64,000 nucleotides of DNA from Prochlorococcus sp. AG-355-B18 (GCA_003280965.1 QCDI01000001.1:128001-192000); one strand, 5' to 3'; numbered from the stretch's first letter, positions 20,887 to 31,330 are shown. Program-made: numbers and translations. Notes: generated from the letters alone by a model not told the origin.

Positions 20887-21978
20887 ATGCAATCAATCTC
20901 TCCAGAAATTATATTTAGGGGAAATTATGCTTGGCAAAAATCTTTACCTCAAATTACTAAATTAACTAAAAGCCCACTAATTTTAGGTAGAGGTATTCAT
21001 ACGAATAATCTGAGAAATAGAATATTTAATGATTTAAAAAATCAAAACCTCAATGTTAATATTGCTAATTTAGAATTTGATTGTTGTTACGAAGATATTT
21101 CTAGAGTAAAGAATATAATTCTAAAGAATAATAATGATTCTTTAATCGCAGCTGGAGGTGGTAAAGTTTTAGATTCTGGGAAATATATTGCTGATTTTCT
21201 AAATATCCCTTGTATTACAGTTCCTCTTAGTGCCTCTACGTGTGCAGGTTGGACAGCCTTATCGAATATTTATACAAAAGACGGACAATTCATAAAAGAT
21301 GTCCCTTTGGGATCTTGTCCTAAAATCCTAGTATACGATCATAAATTTATTCAAACAGCTCCATCTAGAACACTCGCTAGTGGCATAGCTGATGCTTTGG
21401 CAAAATGGTATGAATCATCAATAACAAGTTCAACAATAGATGATGGTCTTGTTCAACAAGCTATTCAAATATCAAGAGTTCTAAGAGATCAATTATTAAT
21501 AGATGGAGAAAAAGCATTCACAGGTCAATTTGAAAATAATCCTTCTTGGCGAAATACAGTTGAAGCTTGTGGACTTACAGCAGGATTAGTTGGCGGCATT
21601 GGCGGAGAAAAGTGTAGGACTGCTGCTGCACATGCTATTCATAATGCAATTACTCAGATAATTACTCCAAATAAATTCTTACATGGTGAGATTGTTGGGG
21701 TTGGATTATTATTGCAATTAAGACTAGAAGAAATGAAAAATAATAATAAATTAGCTGATCAATTAATTAAACAATTGTTGGTGCTTATGAAGCAATTGAA
21801 TTTGCCTACTACTATTGCACAACTTGGAATAAATGTTTTTGAAAACAATAATTTAGAGAAAATTGCTGCTTTTACTTGTCGAGATAAATCTGAGATTCAC
21901 TTTTTACCTTTTGAAGTTCATAAAAAAGACATAGCGGAAGTTATTGCAAATTTTGAACAACAAAAAATTAAAATTTAA
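20887..21978 (+). CDS. gldA: Iron-containing alcohol dehydrogenase / glycerol dehydrogenase family
   Basis: GGGKVLDSGK, GIADALAKWYE, AHAIHN, LHGEIVG. Confidence 0.82.
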   Translation: MQSISPEIIFRGNYAWQKSLPQITKLTKSPLILGRGIHTNNLRNRIFNDLKNQNLNVNIANLEFDCCYEDISRVKNIILKNNNDSLIAAGGGKVLDSGKYIADFLNIPCITVPLSASTCAGWTALSNIYTKDGQFIKDVPLGSCPKILVYDHKFIQTAPSRTLASGIADALAKWYESSITSSTIDDGLVQQAIQISRVLRDQLLIDGEKAFTGQFENNPSWRNTVEACGLTAGLVGGIGGEKCRTAAAHAIHNAITQIITPNKFLHGEIVGVGLLLQLRLEEMKNNNKLADQLIKQLLVLMKQLNLPTTIAQLGINVFENNNLEKIAAFTCRDKSEIHFLPFEVHKKDIAEVIANFEQQKIKI

Positions 21979-21986
21979 TCATTTTT

Positions 21987-22901
21987 TTGACTAAAACCCA
22001 TTTTGAAAAATTAAATAATTTAAATGTGGAATTTTTTGAAAGTGCAAAATTGTCGCTATTAGACCCATTAGGTCTTTATTTGGCAAACGATGTTAAGTGG
22101 ATAAAACTCAATCAAAATTGGAACTCTTTAGAATTCCCAGTTGTCATTGGAGGAAAAGGTCAACCTATACTTCTCCTTCATGGATTTGACAGTAGTTTTT
22201 TAGAGTTTAGGAGAATATATAAATCATTAAAAAGAAATTTCCAAGTTGTAATTCCTGATCTGCTAGGTTTTGGTTTCAGTCCTAGGTGCGCAACAAATGA
22301 ATACAATTCCTCTAAAATTATTTCGTATTTAGTTGATCTCCTTAAGACCTTACAAATATCAGAAAATCTAAATATTATTGGGGCCTCTATGGGAGGTTCA
22401 ACTGCTTTAAAACTAGCTTTTGAGCTTTCTGATTCTGTTGATAAAATAATCCTTTTATCTCCGGCCGGATTGTTCGGAAAACCTAAGAGAATACCATTTC
22501 CTCTCAACCAAATTGGAGCCTCATTTCTTGGATTACCGCAGGTCAGAAAAAGTCTTTGTAGGCAAGCATTTGCTTTCCCAGATGAATGTGTCGGCGAGAT
22601 GGAAGAGCAAATTGCTTCAATTCATTTAGGTTGTAAAGGATGGAGGAATTCACTTGCATCGTTTGCAAAAAGTGGAGGGTTTGCTGGAACACATAAATAT
22701 ATACAAAATATCCCAATTAAAACAGTATGTGGAGAAAATGATCGTATTCTTGGAAAAAAAGAGATTAAAAATATAAGAAAAATTGAAAAATTAAATTTTG
22801 TAGGATTGCAAAATTGTGGTCATCTTCCTCATGTAGATCAACCATCATTATCTAGTAAAATCATCCAAGATTATTTTTCAGTAAAAAACTTTCTAAATTA
22901 A
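21987..22901 (+). CDS. Alpha/beta-fold hydrolase
   Basis: LLHGFDSS, PDLLGFGFS, GASMGG nucleophile, GENDRIL, CGHLPH. Confidence 0.9.
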   Translation: MTKTHFEKLNNLNVEFFESAKLSLLDPLGLYLANDVKWIKLNQNWNSLEFPVVIGGKGQPILLLHGFDSSFLEFRRIYKSLKRNFQVVIPDLLGFGFSPRCATNEYNSSKIISYLVDLLKTLQISENLNIIGASMGGSTALKLAFELSDSVDKIILLSPAGLFGKPKRIPFPLNQIGASFLGLPQVRKSLCRQAFAFPDECVGEMEEQIASIHLGCKGWRNSLASFAKSGGFAGTHKYIQNIPIKTVCGENDRILGKKEIKNIRKIEKLNFVGLQNCGHLPHVDQPSLSSKIIQDYFSVKNFLN

Positions 22902-23755
22902 TTTAAATACTTGAGAATTATAAAAATGTAAAATAAAACAGATGGGGTAAAGATATAACTGTCAATTCGATCAAGAATACCTCCATGTCCCGGTAAAAAA
23001 GTTCCGGAATCTTTTATTTTTGCATCTCTTTTCATCATTGATTCAATTAAATCTCCAACTAATGCCATAAGAGAAATTAAAATTCCATATAAGATTCCAA
23101 CTAATAATGGATTTTCCCAGTTAAGTAAAAATGCAAAAAATATTGCTAATAAAATTGAACAGGATATTCCTCCAATTAAACCTTCTATAGTTTTGCTCGG
23201 AGATATTGGAGAAAGAGATGTTTTACCAAATGACTTCCCAATGAAATAGGAACCAATATCACTTGCTACAATTAAAAAACAAGAAGTTAAAGTTAAATGA
23301 AGACCTGTAGTATTTGATAGGTTTTCAAACGAAATAAAACCTGGATTAGAAATTATTATTACTGAATCTAATTCCCTTAACTTAATCCAGTAACTAGGTA
23401 AAAAACCTAAATATAATAAACCGAAAATAGAGGCTGCAATATCCGAAATGGTCCCAGGTTTTGGTTGCAAAAGTAACCATGTACATATTACAACTGAACA
23501 GATAGGCAAAATTGAATTTGATATTTCCCCTTCAAGCAAACCAATGGTTTCAAGATAGGTAAAAATTATAATAACGAAAGATGAAAATAATGTGGTTTTT
23601 GTGGCTGGTTTTATTCCTTTAAATTCTGCCATTCTAAAAAATTCCAATAATGCTAAATAAGTGAGCAAAGCTATTGCTAATGTAAAAACCCATCCCCCAA
23701 GCAAAACAACAATTAAGCCAAAAATTCCTATAAGTAATCCGCTTCTTAATCTCAT
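22898..23755 (-). CDS. cdsA: Phosphatidate cytidylyltransferase
   Basis: Polytopic membrane protein, ISPSKTIEG, GDLIESMMKR..KDSG..PGHGGILDRIDS. Confidence 0.95.
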   Translation of the reverse strand: MRLRSGLLIGIFGLIVVLLGGWVFTLAIALLTYLALLEFFRMAEFKGIKPATKTTLFSSFVIIIFTYLETIGLLEGEISNSILPICSVVICTWLLLQPKPGTISDIAASIFGLLYLGFLPSYWIKLRELDSVIIISNPGFISFENLSNTTGLHLTLTSCFLIVASDIGSYFIGKSFGKTSLSPISPSKTIEGLIGGISCSILLAIFFAFLLNWENPLLVGILYGILISLMALVGDLIESMMKRDAKIKDSGTFLPGHGGILDRIDSYIFTPSVLFYIFIILKYLN

Positions 23756-23770
23756 GTCAAATTTATCTCT

Positions 23771-25162
23771 TTATATCACTCTTATATTAAAATTTACTAG
23801 ATCTTTGTTGCATAAACTTTGATTGTTTATCCAGTTAATCCTAGCCATGTCAATTTTTTCTCCAGGAACTATTAGAGGTATCCCAGGAGGATAAGGGCAA
23901 ATAATATCTCCAGATATTTTATTTAATGATTGCGAGAAAGGAATACTTCGAGTCTCACTTCTCCAAGCAATTCCGATTTCAATTTCGGGTGATTGAACTA
24001 ATTTAAATGGAGATTGAGGCACCTCAAAACTTTTTAGTTTTTTGGAATTTAATAGTAATTTATTCCACAATTTTTCAAACAAATTAAGAAAATCTTTGTG
24101 ATTTGCAAATCCTAAGCAAAAAGTGAGAGTCATCATTTCTGGCAATTCAGCAATAAGACCATTTCTATAAAAAAATTTGTCAGCAGTAAAACCATCAATT
24201 CCAACCTTAGAGGTGTTTACCACAATTTTTAAGGGGTCTTGGGTTTCTATGAGAGGAATATTCTTTTGGATTAATGTTTTGTAGATACTTTTTGCTTCTA
24301 AAATTCTTTTTTGATATTTTGATAAACTTTTTTTATTTAGCCAGTCTTTAATAGATTCTTCACAAGAAGAAATTAATAAGGAACTTGGACTAGTAGTTTG
24401 CAACAAATTAATACTCTTCATTAAATTATGCTCATTCACTAGATTTCCTTTGTACCAAAGTACAGCTGTTTGAGTTAAACCATTGAGTGACTTATGCAAT
24501 GATTGAACGACTAAATCAGCGTTTAAAGATAAAGCAGATTTTGGTAAATTGAGGTTTTCACAAAAAAGGAAATAAGAACCATGTGCTTCATCAACTAAAA
24601 CAGGTAAATTTTTTTGATGACAAAGATCTATTAAAGGCTCTAAATCTCCTGCATAACCTTGATAAGAGGGACTAACAAGAATTACACCTACAATTTTATT
24701 CTCATTAAAATTTAATTTTTTAAATACATTTTCTAGCCAAATTTTTGTTATTGGTTTGTAATGGCCTGTTTCTGAGGAAAATTCCAGATCAAAGAATATT
24801 GGAAGTATGTTCTGCATCGCACAGGTTTTGATAACACTTATGTGAACATTTCTAGGCATCAGAATAGTTTCGCCAGGATTTGCCATTGCAATTATCGCTG
24901 ATTGTATTAATCCAGAAGCCCCATTAACTCCAAAAAAACATCCTTTCGCCTCAAATTTTCCAGATAATTCTCTTTGAGATTTATTAATTAATCCGCTTTG
25001 TGATATTGGCGAACCTATCTCTGGAAGTTCAGGCAAGTCCCAATAACCTGGTGGATATTTTAATAATTTCACTAATTTCTTTGGTAAAGCTGCCCCTCTG
25101 CTATGCGCGGGGAAGAAAAGTGACTTTAAAAACTTTTTAGTAAGAAAAGATGAAATCCTCAT
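23771..25162 (-). CDS. Orn/Lys/Arg decarboxylase family, PLP-dependent
   Basis: FPAHSRG, PRNVHIS, VDEAHG, SLHKSL PLP lysine, TTSPS, PYPPGIP. Confidence 0.88.
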   Translation of the reverse strand: MRISSFLTKKFLKSLFFPAHSRGAALPKKLVKLLKYPPGYWDLPELPEIGSPISQSGLINKSQRELSGKFEAKGCFFGVNGASGLIQSAIIAMANPGETILMPRNVHISVIKTCAMQNILPIFFDLEFSSETGHYKPITKIWLENVFKKLNFNENKIVGVILVSPSYQGYAGDLEPLIDLCHQKNLPVLVDEAHGSYFLFCENLNLPKSALSLNADLVVQSLHKSLNGLTQTAVLWYKGNLVNEHNLMKSINLLQTTSPSSLLISSCEESIKDWLNKKSLSKYQKRILEAKSIYKTLIQKNIPLIETQDPLKIVVNTSKVGIDGFTADKFFYRNGLIAELPEMMTLTFCLGFANHKDFLNLFEKLWNKLLLNSKKLKSFEVPQSPFKLVQSPEIEIGIAWRSETRSIPFSQSLNKISGDIICPYPPGIPLIVPGEKIDMARINWINNQSLCNKDLVNFNIRVI

Positions 25163-25223
25163 AAAGTATTAATAAGGAATATAGAATATGCTGAATGAGA
25201 TTCTTTGATTTTTTTTAAAATTA

Positions 25224-26882
25224 ATGACACAAACTTATTCGAAATACTCGGCAAAAGGTGACTTAATTTGGTTGCTTTTGAGACCATGGATTTTTATACC
25301 AAGAGTTTTATATATCCTTTTAACTTTTATTTTTCTTTTTTTAAGACTCCTTTTTCAAGGTAACAGTAAAAATAAAAATGTACAGAAAAATATCTCAAAA
25401 TACCTCTTCGATGTAATAACAGATTTAGGACCATGTTTTATAAAATTAGGTCAAGCACTTTCAACTAGACCAGACCTTGTTAGGCAAGACTGGCTTACAG
25501 AATTAACAAACTTACAAGATAATCTTCCACCATTTGACCATAAAATTGCTTTAAAAATAATTGAAGAAGAACTTGGTGCTCCTGCTGAAGAATTATTTGA
25601 TGAGTTTCCAGATAGTCCTATTGCTTCAGCGAGCCTGGGGCAAGTCTATAAAGCAAAAACAAAAAATAATTCTTATCTCGCGGTGAAGGTCCAGAGGCCC
25701 AATTTGTATTTTCTCATAAGAAGAGATGTCGTTATTTTAAGGCTTTTAGCGACTTTTTTTTCACCTTTTTTACCATTAAATATTGGTGTTGGAATAGGAG
25801 AAATAATAGATGAATTTGGAAAAGCACTTTTTGATGAAATTGACTATGAAAAAGAGGGTGAAAATGCCTTGAAGTTTGCAGATTTATTCAAAAATAATCC
25901 CAACGTTTTTATCCCTAAATTAGAGAAAGCTTTTTCTTCCAAATTGATTATCACAACCTCTTGGATTGATGGAGTTAAATTAAGAGATAGAGCTTTATTG
26001 GAGCAGAATAATTTAATACCTGCTTCTTATATAAAAACTTGTGTAATAAGTGGTCTACAACAATTATTTGAATATGGATATTTTCATGCAGACCCTCACC
26101 CTGGCAATATGTTTGCATTAAAAGGAGGAAACGCAGATAGTGGTAATTTAGCTTATGTTGATTTTGGAATGATGGATACGATTACAAATTCAGATAGACT
26201 TACCCTCATTAAGGCAATTGTTCACATAATAAATGAAGAATATTATCTTCTTGCTAAAGATTTCCAGAAATTAGGTTTTTTAACCGAAGATCAAGACCTT
26301 AAAAAACTTGTTGAACCATTAAAAGAAGTTCTAGGAGGATCCCTAAATGCTGAGGTAGGAAATTTTAACCTAAAAAATGTAACTGATAAATTTTCAAAAC
26401 TAATGTATTCTTATCCATTTAGAGTGCCTAGTAGATTTGCATTAATAATTCGAGCAGTTGTTAGTCAAGAAGGTTTAGCATTAAGACTAGATCCTAATTT
26501 TAAAATATTAAACATCGCATACCCTTACATAGCTAAAAAACTTCTTACTGATAATTCTGAAGAGATTTTAGAAATTCTTTTAGAAGTTGTTTTTGATAAT
26601 AAAGGTAGGATTCAAGTAGAAAAAGTTGAAAGTTTATTGAATATTTTATTTAAAGATTCTAAAAATATTAATTCAGATCTCATTCCAGTTGCTAACGCAG
26701 GTTTGAAATTATTTGTAAGTAGGAAGGGATCTGAAGTCAGGAAGAATCTTCTTTTAAGCCTTATCAAAGATGACAAATTAGAGTTTACAGATGCAAAAAA
26801 ACTCTTAGATTTATTTAGAGATACTTTTAGCCCTTTTAATATTGCAAAAAGTGCAGTTCAAAATATTATTTCTGCAGTTTAG
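25224..26882 (+). CDS. ABC1/AarF/UbiB-family atypical kinase
   Basis: IKLGQALSTRPD, ASASLGQVY, AVKVQRP, HADPHPGN, DFGMM. Confidence 0.93.
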   Translation: MTQTYSKYSAKGDLIWLLLRPWIFIPRVLYILLTFIFLFLRLLFQGNSKNKNVQKNISKYLFDVITDLGPCFIKLGQALSTRPDLVRQDWLTELTNLQDNLPPFDHKIALKIIEEELGAPAEELFDEFPDSPIASASLGQVYKAKTKNNSYLAVKVQRPNLYFLIRRDVVILRLLATFFSPFLPLNIGVGIGEIIDEFGKALFDEIDYEKEGENALKFADLFKNNPNVFIPKLEKAFSSKLIITTSWIDGVKLRDRALLEQNNLIPASYIKTCVISGLQQLFEYGYFHADPHPGNMFALKGGNADSGNLAYVDFGMMDTITNSDRLTLIKAIVHIINEEYYLLAKDFQKLGFLTEDQDLKKLVEPLKEVLGGSLNAEVGNFNLKNVTDKFSKLMYSYPFRVPSRFALIIRAVVSQEGLALRLDPNFKILNIAYPYIAKKLLTDNSEEILEILLEVVFDNKGRIQVEKVESLLNILFKDSKNINSDLIPVANAGLKLFVSRKGSEVRKNLLLSLIKDDKLEFTDAKKLLDLFRDTFSPFNIAKSAVQNIISAV

Positions 26883-26986
26883 TTTTTTAAAACATATAAA
26901 TTTGCTTATGATTTTTTACTGTCTAAGATAAAATGAATAAATATTTTAAAAATGACTACTCAAATACTTAATAAATTTGAAGCTAT

Positions 26987-27484
26987 ATGATGAATATTTT
27001 GAAAAAATATTTTTCATTTAATAAAAAAATTGAAAATAATAAAATCTTGAATTATGAATTGGTTGATAATTATAGAGAAATTGCGAAATTAGTAAAAGAA
27101 GCAAGAATACAACAAAAATTATCGATACAAGAGTTATCAAGGATTTCAAAAATACCTGAACAAACAATAAATTCTATTGAAAATAATAAAAAAAATATTA
27201 GACCAAAGTTTCCCTTTATAAGATCCATTTTAATAAAACTAGAGGAATGCTTAATATTAAAAAAAAATTCATTAGTAAAATTAGCAACTACAGAAAGAGA
27301 AAACTTTAAGAAAGAAAAACCAAATTTGCTTATAAGAAAATTTGACCTTATTAATACTTGGCAGGGGACTCTTTTTTATTTTTTTATATTAGTAATTACT
27401 ATATTTATTTTAAAAAGATATTTTATTTCAAATGTGCATATTATTGAAATTCAATATATTGAAAATAAAAATATAGAAAAATAA
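26987..27484 (+). CDS. XRE-type HTH protein with one C-terminal TM helix (short RodZ-like)
   Basis: KEARIQQKLSIQELSRISKIPEQTINSIEN HTH, hydrophobic GTLFYFFILVITIFIL. Confidence 0.75.
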   Translation: MMNILKKYFSFNKKIENNKILNYELVDNYREIAKLVKEARIQQKLSIQELSRISKIPEQTINSIENNKKNIRPKFPFIRSILIKLEECLILKKNSLVKLATTERENFKKEKPNLLIRKFDLINTWQGTLFYFFILVITIFILKRYFISNVHIIEIQYIENKNIEK

Positions 27485-27497
27485 ACTTCAAAAATTC

Positions 27498-29018
27498 CTA
27501 TTTCCTAGTCCTTCCAAATTTATTTCCTAACTCACTAAAAATTGTAATATCATCTTCAATTTCTTCTAAGGGACGATTCAACTTCCACTTCCAGTTATTT
27601 TTTGTAGTGCCAGGTATATTTAATCTACTTGAGTCATCTAGAGATAATATATCTTGTATGGGAGCGATAAAGAGATTGGCATCTGTTTTCATGCCAATTT
27701 CAATTAAACTCCACGAAGGATCTTCTGAAAATTTATACTCATCACTTATCCTTTTTTTGGAGTTGCTTTCTAAAGAATCCCACCATGATATAGAAGTAGA
27801 GTTGTCATGTGTTCCTGTATAAACAACCCAATTTTCTCCATTTATATTCCTAGGTAGATATGGGTTATCTTTGTTGCCATCAAAAGCAAATTGCAATATT
27901 TTCATTCCAGGGAGTTTAAAATTTTTCCTTAATTTTTCTACATCTGGGGTTATTACTCCCAAATCCTCAGCGATAATTGGTAGATATTCTGTCCCTAAAT
28001 CAAATTTTAGTTTACTTAATAGAGATCTCCCTGGAGAACTTATCCATTTTCCAGAAATTGCAGTTTTAGAATTGCCATTAACTCTCCAGTATCCAGCTAG
28101 ACCTCTGAAATGATCAAGTCTCAAAAGGTCCATAAGTTCAAATTGCCTTTTAAATCTGTTCCTCCACCAATAGAAATTAGTATTTTTATGTTTTGACCAA
28201 AAGTAAGTAGGAGTTCCCCATAATTGTCCTGTTGATGAAAAATAATCAGGCGGTACACCACTCTGAAATATTAAAGTTCCATTTTTAAAAATTGAAAATA
28301 GTGATTTATTACTCCATACATCAGCGCTGTCCCAAGAAACATAAAATGGTAAATCTCCTATTAATTTAACATTACATAATTTTGCAAAGTTTTTAATATC
28401 TTTCCATTGCTTATCTAAATGCCACTGTATTAATTTTTTAATAAGTATTTTTTCACTTTTTTTCTTAATCCATGATTTTAAAAACTTGTTATTTTTTAAT
28501 TTAAATTCTTTAGGCCATTGCCACCATGGCATCATATTAAACTCCTCCCTGATTACAGTAAATGTTGAATAATCTTCGATCCAAGAATTCTCACTATTCC
28601 ATTTATAAAAATCAAGTTTTCTCTCCTCAGATTGAGAATTCCAGCCTTGCAAAAGGAGGTCACCTAATTTTTCCGAATAAGCATTAGCTTCATTAAAATC
28701 AAAATAATTTTTAGCCTGATTTGTAAGACCTAATTCTTCTTTCTTTGAAATGAAGATAAAACTTTTCTCTATTAAATCATCCATATCAAGAAACCAAGGG
28801 TTTAGTGCAAAACTTGATGGTGAACTATATGGAGACCCTGTAGAGTCTGTGGGTGTAATAGGTAAAAATTGCCAGTATTCAATCCCATGCTTTTCAAGCT
28901 TTTTTATCCATTCTTTAGCCCCTTTGCCAAAAGTTCCGCATACCTCTCCTCCAGGGATACATGAGGGATGCATGAGTATGCCTAATGATTTATTTTTAAG
29001 AACTTTTTGTTTAGACAT
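27498..29018 (-). CDS. malQ: 4-alpha-glucanotransferase (GH77)
   Basis: GILMHPSCIPG, SPYSSPS, RLDHFRG, IAEDLG, YTGTHDN catalytic triad. Confidence 0.95.
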   Translation of the reverse strand: MSKQKVLKNKSLGILMHPSCIPGGEVCGTFGKGAKEWIKKLEKHGIEYWQFLPITPTDSTGSPYSSPSSFALNPWFLDMDDLIEKSFIFISKKEELGLTNQAKNYFDFNEANAYSEKLGDLLLQGWNSQSEERKLDFYKWNSENSWIEDYSTFTVIREEFNMMPWWQWPKEFKLKNNKFLKSWIKKKSEKILIKKLIQWHLDKQWKDIKNFAKLCNVKLIGDLPFYVSWDSADVWSNKSLFSIFKNGTLIFQSGVPPDYFSSTGQLWGTPTYFWSKHKNTNFYWWRNRFKRQFELMDLLRLDHFRGLAGYWRVNGNSKTAISGKWISSPGRSLLSKLKFDLGTEYLPIIAEDLGVITPDVEKLRKNFKLPGMKILQFAFDGNKDNPYLPRNINGENWVVYTGTHDNSTSISWWDSLESNSKKRISDEYKFSEDPSWSLIEIGMKTDANLFIAPIQDILSLDDSSRLNIPGTTKNNWKWKLNRPLEEIEDDITIFSELGNKFGRTRK

Positions 29019-29278
29019 GGGTTTAAATTATATTTTGATTATTATCAATCCAGATGTTATTAATTCTCTAAATTCAACCATATACAAATTTTTTTTAATT
29101 GACAAATAATAATCAAATTATTTTTCAGAATGAATTTAAAATAAAATTCTATTTTTAATCCAATTCAAATAATGTTTAGCGATAACGAAGATATGACTTT
29201 TGAAAAGATCTATTGATTATTTTTTGCGAAAATCATATAAACGACTACGATAAGGATATAGTTTATATTGCTAATTTC

Positions 29279-30274
29279 GTGAGTAGTTTTATCACGGCAG
29301 TGCAGAATAATGAATCTAAGTTTAATCTAACTAATAGTAGATTAGGGTTAGTAAGTGGAACAACAAATCCTAAATTAGCTGAAGAAATTGCATCCTACTT
29401 AGGGATTACGAATGTACCATTGATATCCAAAAAATTTGCTGATGGAGAACTTTATGTTCAGATTCAGCAATCAATTAGAGGTTGCGACGTATTCCTTGTA
29501 CAACCTACATGCGCTCCTGTGAATGATAGTTTAATGGAATTAATGATTATGGTGGATGCTTGCAAGAGGGCATCTGCGAGGCAAATAACAGCTGTTATCC
29601 CATATTATGGCTATGCGAGGGCGGATAGAAAGACTTCAGGTAGAGAGTCTATAACTGCAAAGCTCACTGCTAATTTGCTTGAGAAATCAGGAGTAGATAG
29701 AGTCCTTGCTATGGATTTGCATTCAGCTCAAATACAAGGCTATTTCGACATACCTTGCGACCATATTTATGGTTCACCTGTTTTGATTGATTATTTAGAA
29801 ACTTTAAATTTAGAGGAAGTTGTTGTTGTCTCTCCTGATGTGGGAGGGGTTGCTAGAGCAAGAGCATTTGCAAAACAAATGAATGATGCCCCTTTAGCAA
29901 TAATTGACAAAAGAAGAGCAGCTCATAACATTGCTGAAAGTTTAACAGTCATTGGTGAAGTGAAAGGTAAAACAGCTATTCTTATAGACGATATGATAGA
30001 TACTGGAGGTACGATTTGTTCTGGTGCGAGTTTATTAAAACGAGAGGGTGCTAAGAGAATATTTGCTTGTGCTTCACATGCTGTATTTTCACCTCCTTCT
30101 TATGAAAGATTAAGTGCTAAGGATTTATTCGAGCAAGTTATTGTGACTAACAGCATACCAGTTGTTGTTAAAAATAATTTCCCACAGTTAAAAGTCCTTT
30201 CTGTTGCAAATATGCTTGGTGAAGCTATTTGGAGAATCCACGAAGAAAGTTCTGTTAGTTCAATGTTTAGATAA
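29279..30274 (+). CDS. prs: Ribose-phosphate pyrophosphokinase
   Basis: FADGE, PYYGYARADRK, DLHSAQIQG, VVSPDVGG, DDMIDTGGT. GTG 29279 preferred over TTG 29213. Confidence 0.95.
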   Translation: MSSFITAVQNNESKFNLTNSRLGLVSGTTNPKLAEEIASYLGITNVPLISKKFADGELYVQIQQSIRGCDVFLVQPTCAPVNDSLMELMIMVDACKRASARQITAVIPYYGYARADRKTSGRESITAKLTANLLEKSGVDRVLAMDLHSAQIQGYFDIPCDHIYGSPVLIDYLETLNLEEVVVVSPDVGGVARARAFAKQMNDAPLAIIDKRRAAHNIAESLTVIGEVKGKTAILIDDMIDTGGTICSGASLLKREGAKRIFACASHAVFSPPSYERLSAKDLFEQVIVTNSIPVVVKNNFPQLKVLSVANMLGEAIWRIHEESSVSSMFR

Positions 30275-30283
30275 TCACTAAAA

Positions 30284-30724
30284 TCATTTTTTGGTTTCTT
30301 TTATAATTTGCTTTAACCTTTTTTCATAATCATTTTTTATTCCCTTTGGAATGCTTTCGGGACAAATATTTAGTGCACTTCCAACAATTTGAAATGTGCC
30401 TGAGTTATATAATTTTTCTTGGTTGAGTTTTTCATTTCCTAATTCTTTAATAACCCCACCATGTTTGCCAATTATTACATTTGCAAACGTAGCGCTTGCA
30501 ATGCCAAGACCTTTGTTAAAGTCTACTTCTGCTTTTGAAGCAATACAAAGATAAGAGGCACCCATTTGTCGGTATAAGAAAAGATCTTTTTCTGTTGCAG
30601 CAGCAAGATTTTTTTCGGCTTTAAATTGTTTATTTATTGTACCAATCTCGAAAAGTGCGAAAGCTGAAAAGAGGCTAATACCTAAAAGTTGAATAATTTT
30701 TTTTGAATAATAATTAATATCCAT
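30284..30724 (-). CDS. Exported hypothetical protein with a C...CP cysteine pair
   Basis: N-terminal signal/TM segment, GASYLC and ALNICP. Confidence 0.75.
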   Translation of the reverse strand: MDINYYSKKIIQLLGISLFSAFALFEIGTINKQFKAEKNLAAATEKDLFLYRQMGASYLCIASKAEVDFNKGLGIASATFANVIIGKHGGVIKELGNEKLNQEKLYNSGTFQIVGSALNICPESIPKGIKNDYEKRLKQIIKETKK

Positions 30725-30787
30725 CAACTAATAATATTTACTATTAAGATAACATTTATACTTTTGACATTAATTGATAAAAAGTAC

Positions 30788-31330
30788 TTACTTAATAATT
30801 TTTATTTCATGGTGATTCTCGACTATTTTAAGTTTATTTTTTTCCCATGAATATATAACCCGGAATCTATAATTGTCTAAATCTACAAGTCTTGTGTGCT
30901 CAATAATATACCAATCATTATAGGAAGATTCAAAAATCATTTCATGTTCATCGACTTGCTTAATATTTGATATTCCTTCAACATTACTTAAATAAAAATT
31001 TTCTCTTATAAGTTGATGTCCCTTTAAAAATGCTTGCATTTCACCTTGTTCTTTATACTGCGGATTCTCCTCGAAGAAATTGTATTTTTTTTCTGGATAC
31101 CATGTGAATTTATAGTGTGACTCCCATTCTGATTTATTCTCTAGAGCTTCTATATTTAAATTCATACATAAGTTATAAGTTTTTTGTTCATCATCAAGAA
31201 AATATGTCCTATTTGATTTCCACAAGCCAATATTTCTAGAAAACCATCTTTTTAAATTACTGTTAATGCTAATTTCTGGGGAATTATTTCCACCAGAATT
31301 TAGATTTTCCTTTTGATTGATAACAACCAT
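30788..31330 (-). CDS. Hypothetical protein, CpcS/CpeS-like beta-barrel candidate
   Basis: WFSRNIGLWKSNRTY and SYNDWYIIEHTRLVDLDNYRFR..ENHHE resemble S-type bilin lyase motifs. Confidence 0.65.
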   Translation of the reverse strand: MVVINQKENLNSGGNNSPEISINSNLKRWFSRNIGLWKSNRTYFLDDEQKTYNLCMNLNIEALENKSEWESHYKFTWYPEKKYNFFEENPQYKEQGEMQAFLKGHQLIRENFYLSNVEGISNIKQVDEHEMIFESSYNDWYIIEHTRLVDLDNYRFRVIYSWEKNKLKIVENHHEIKIIK

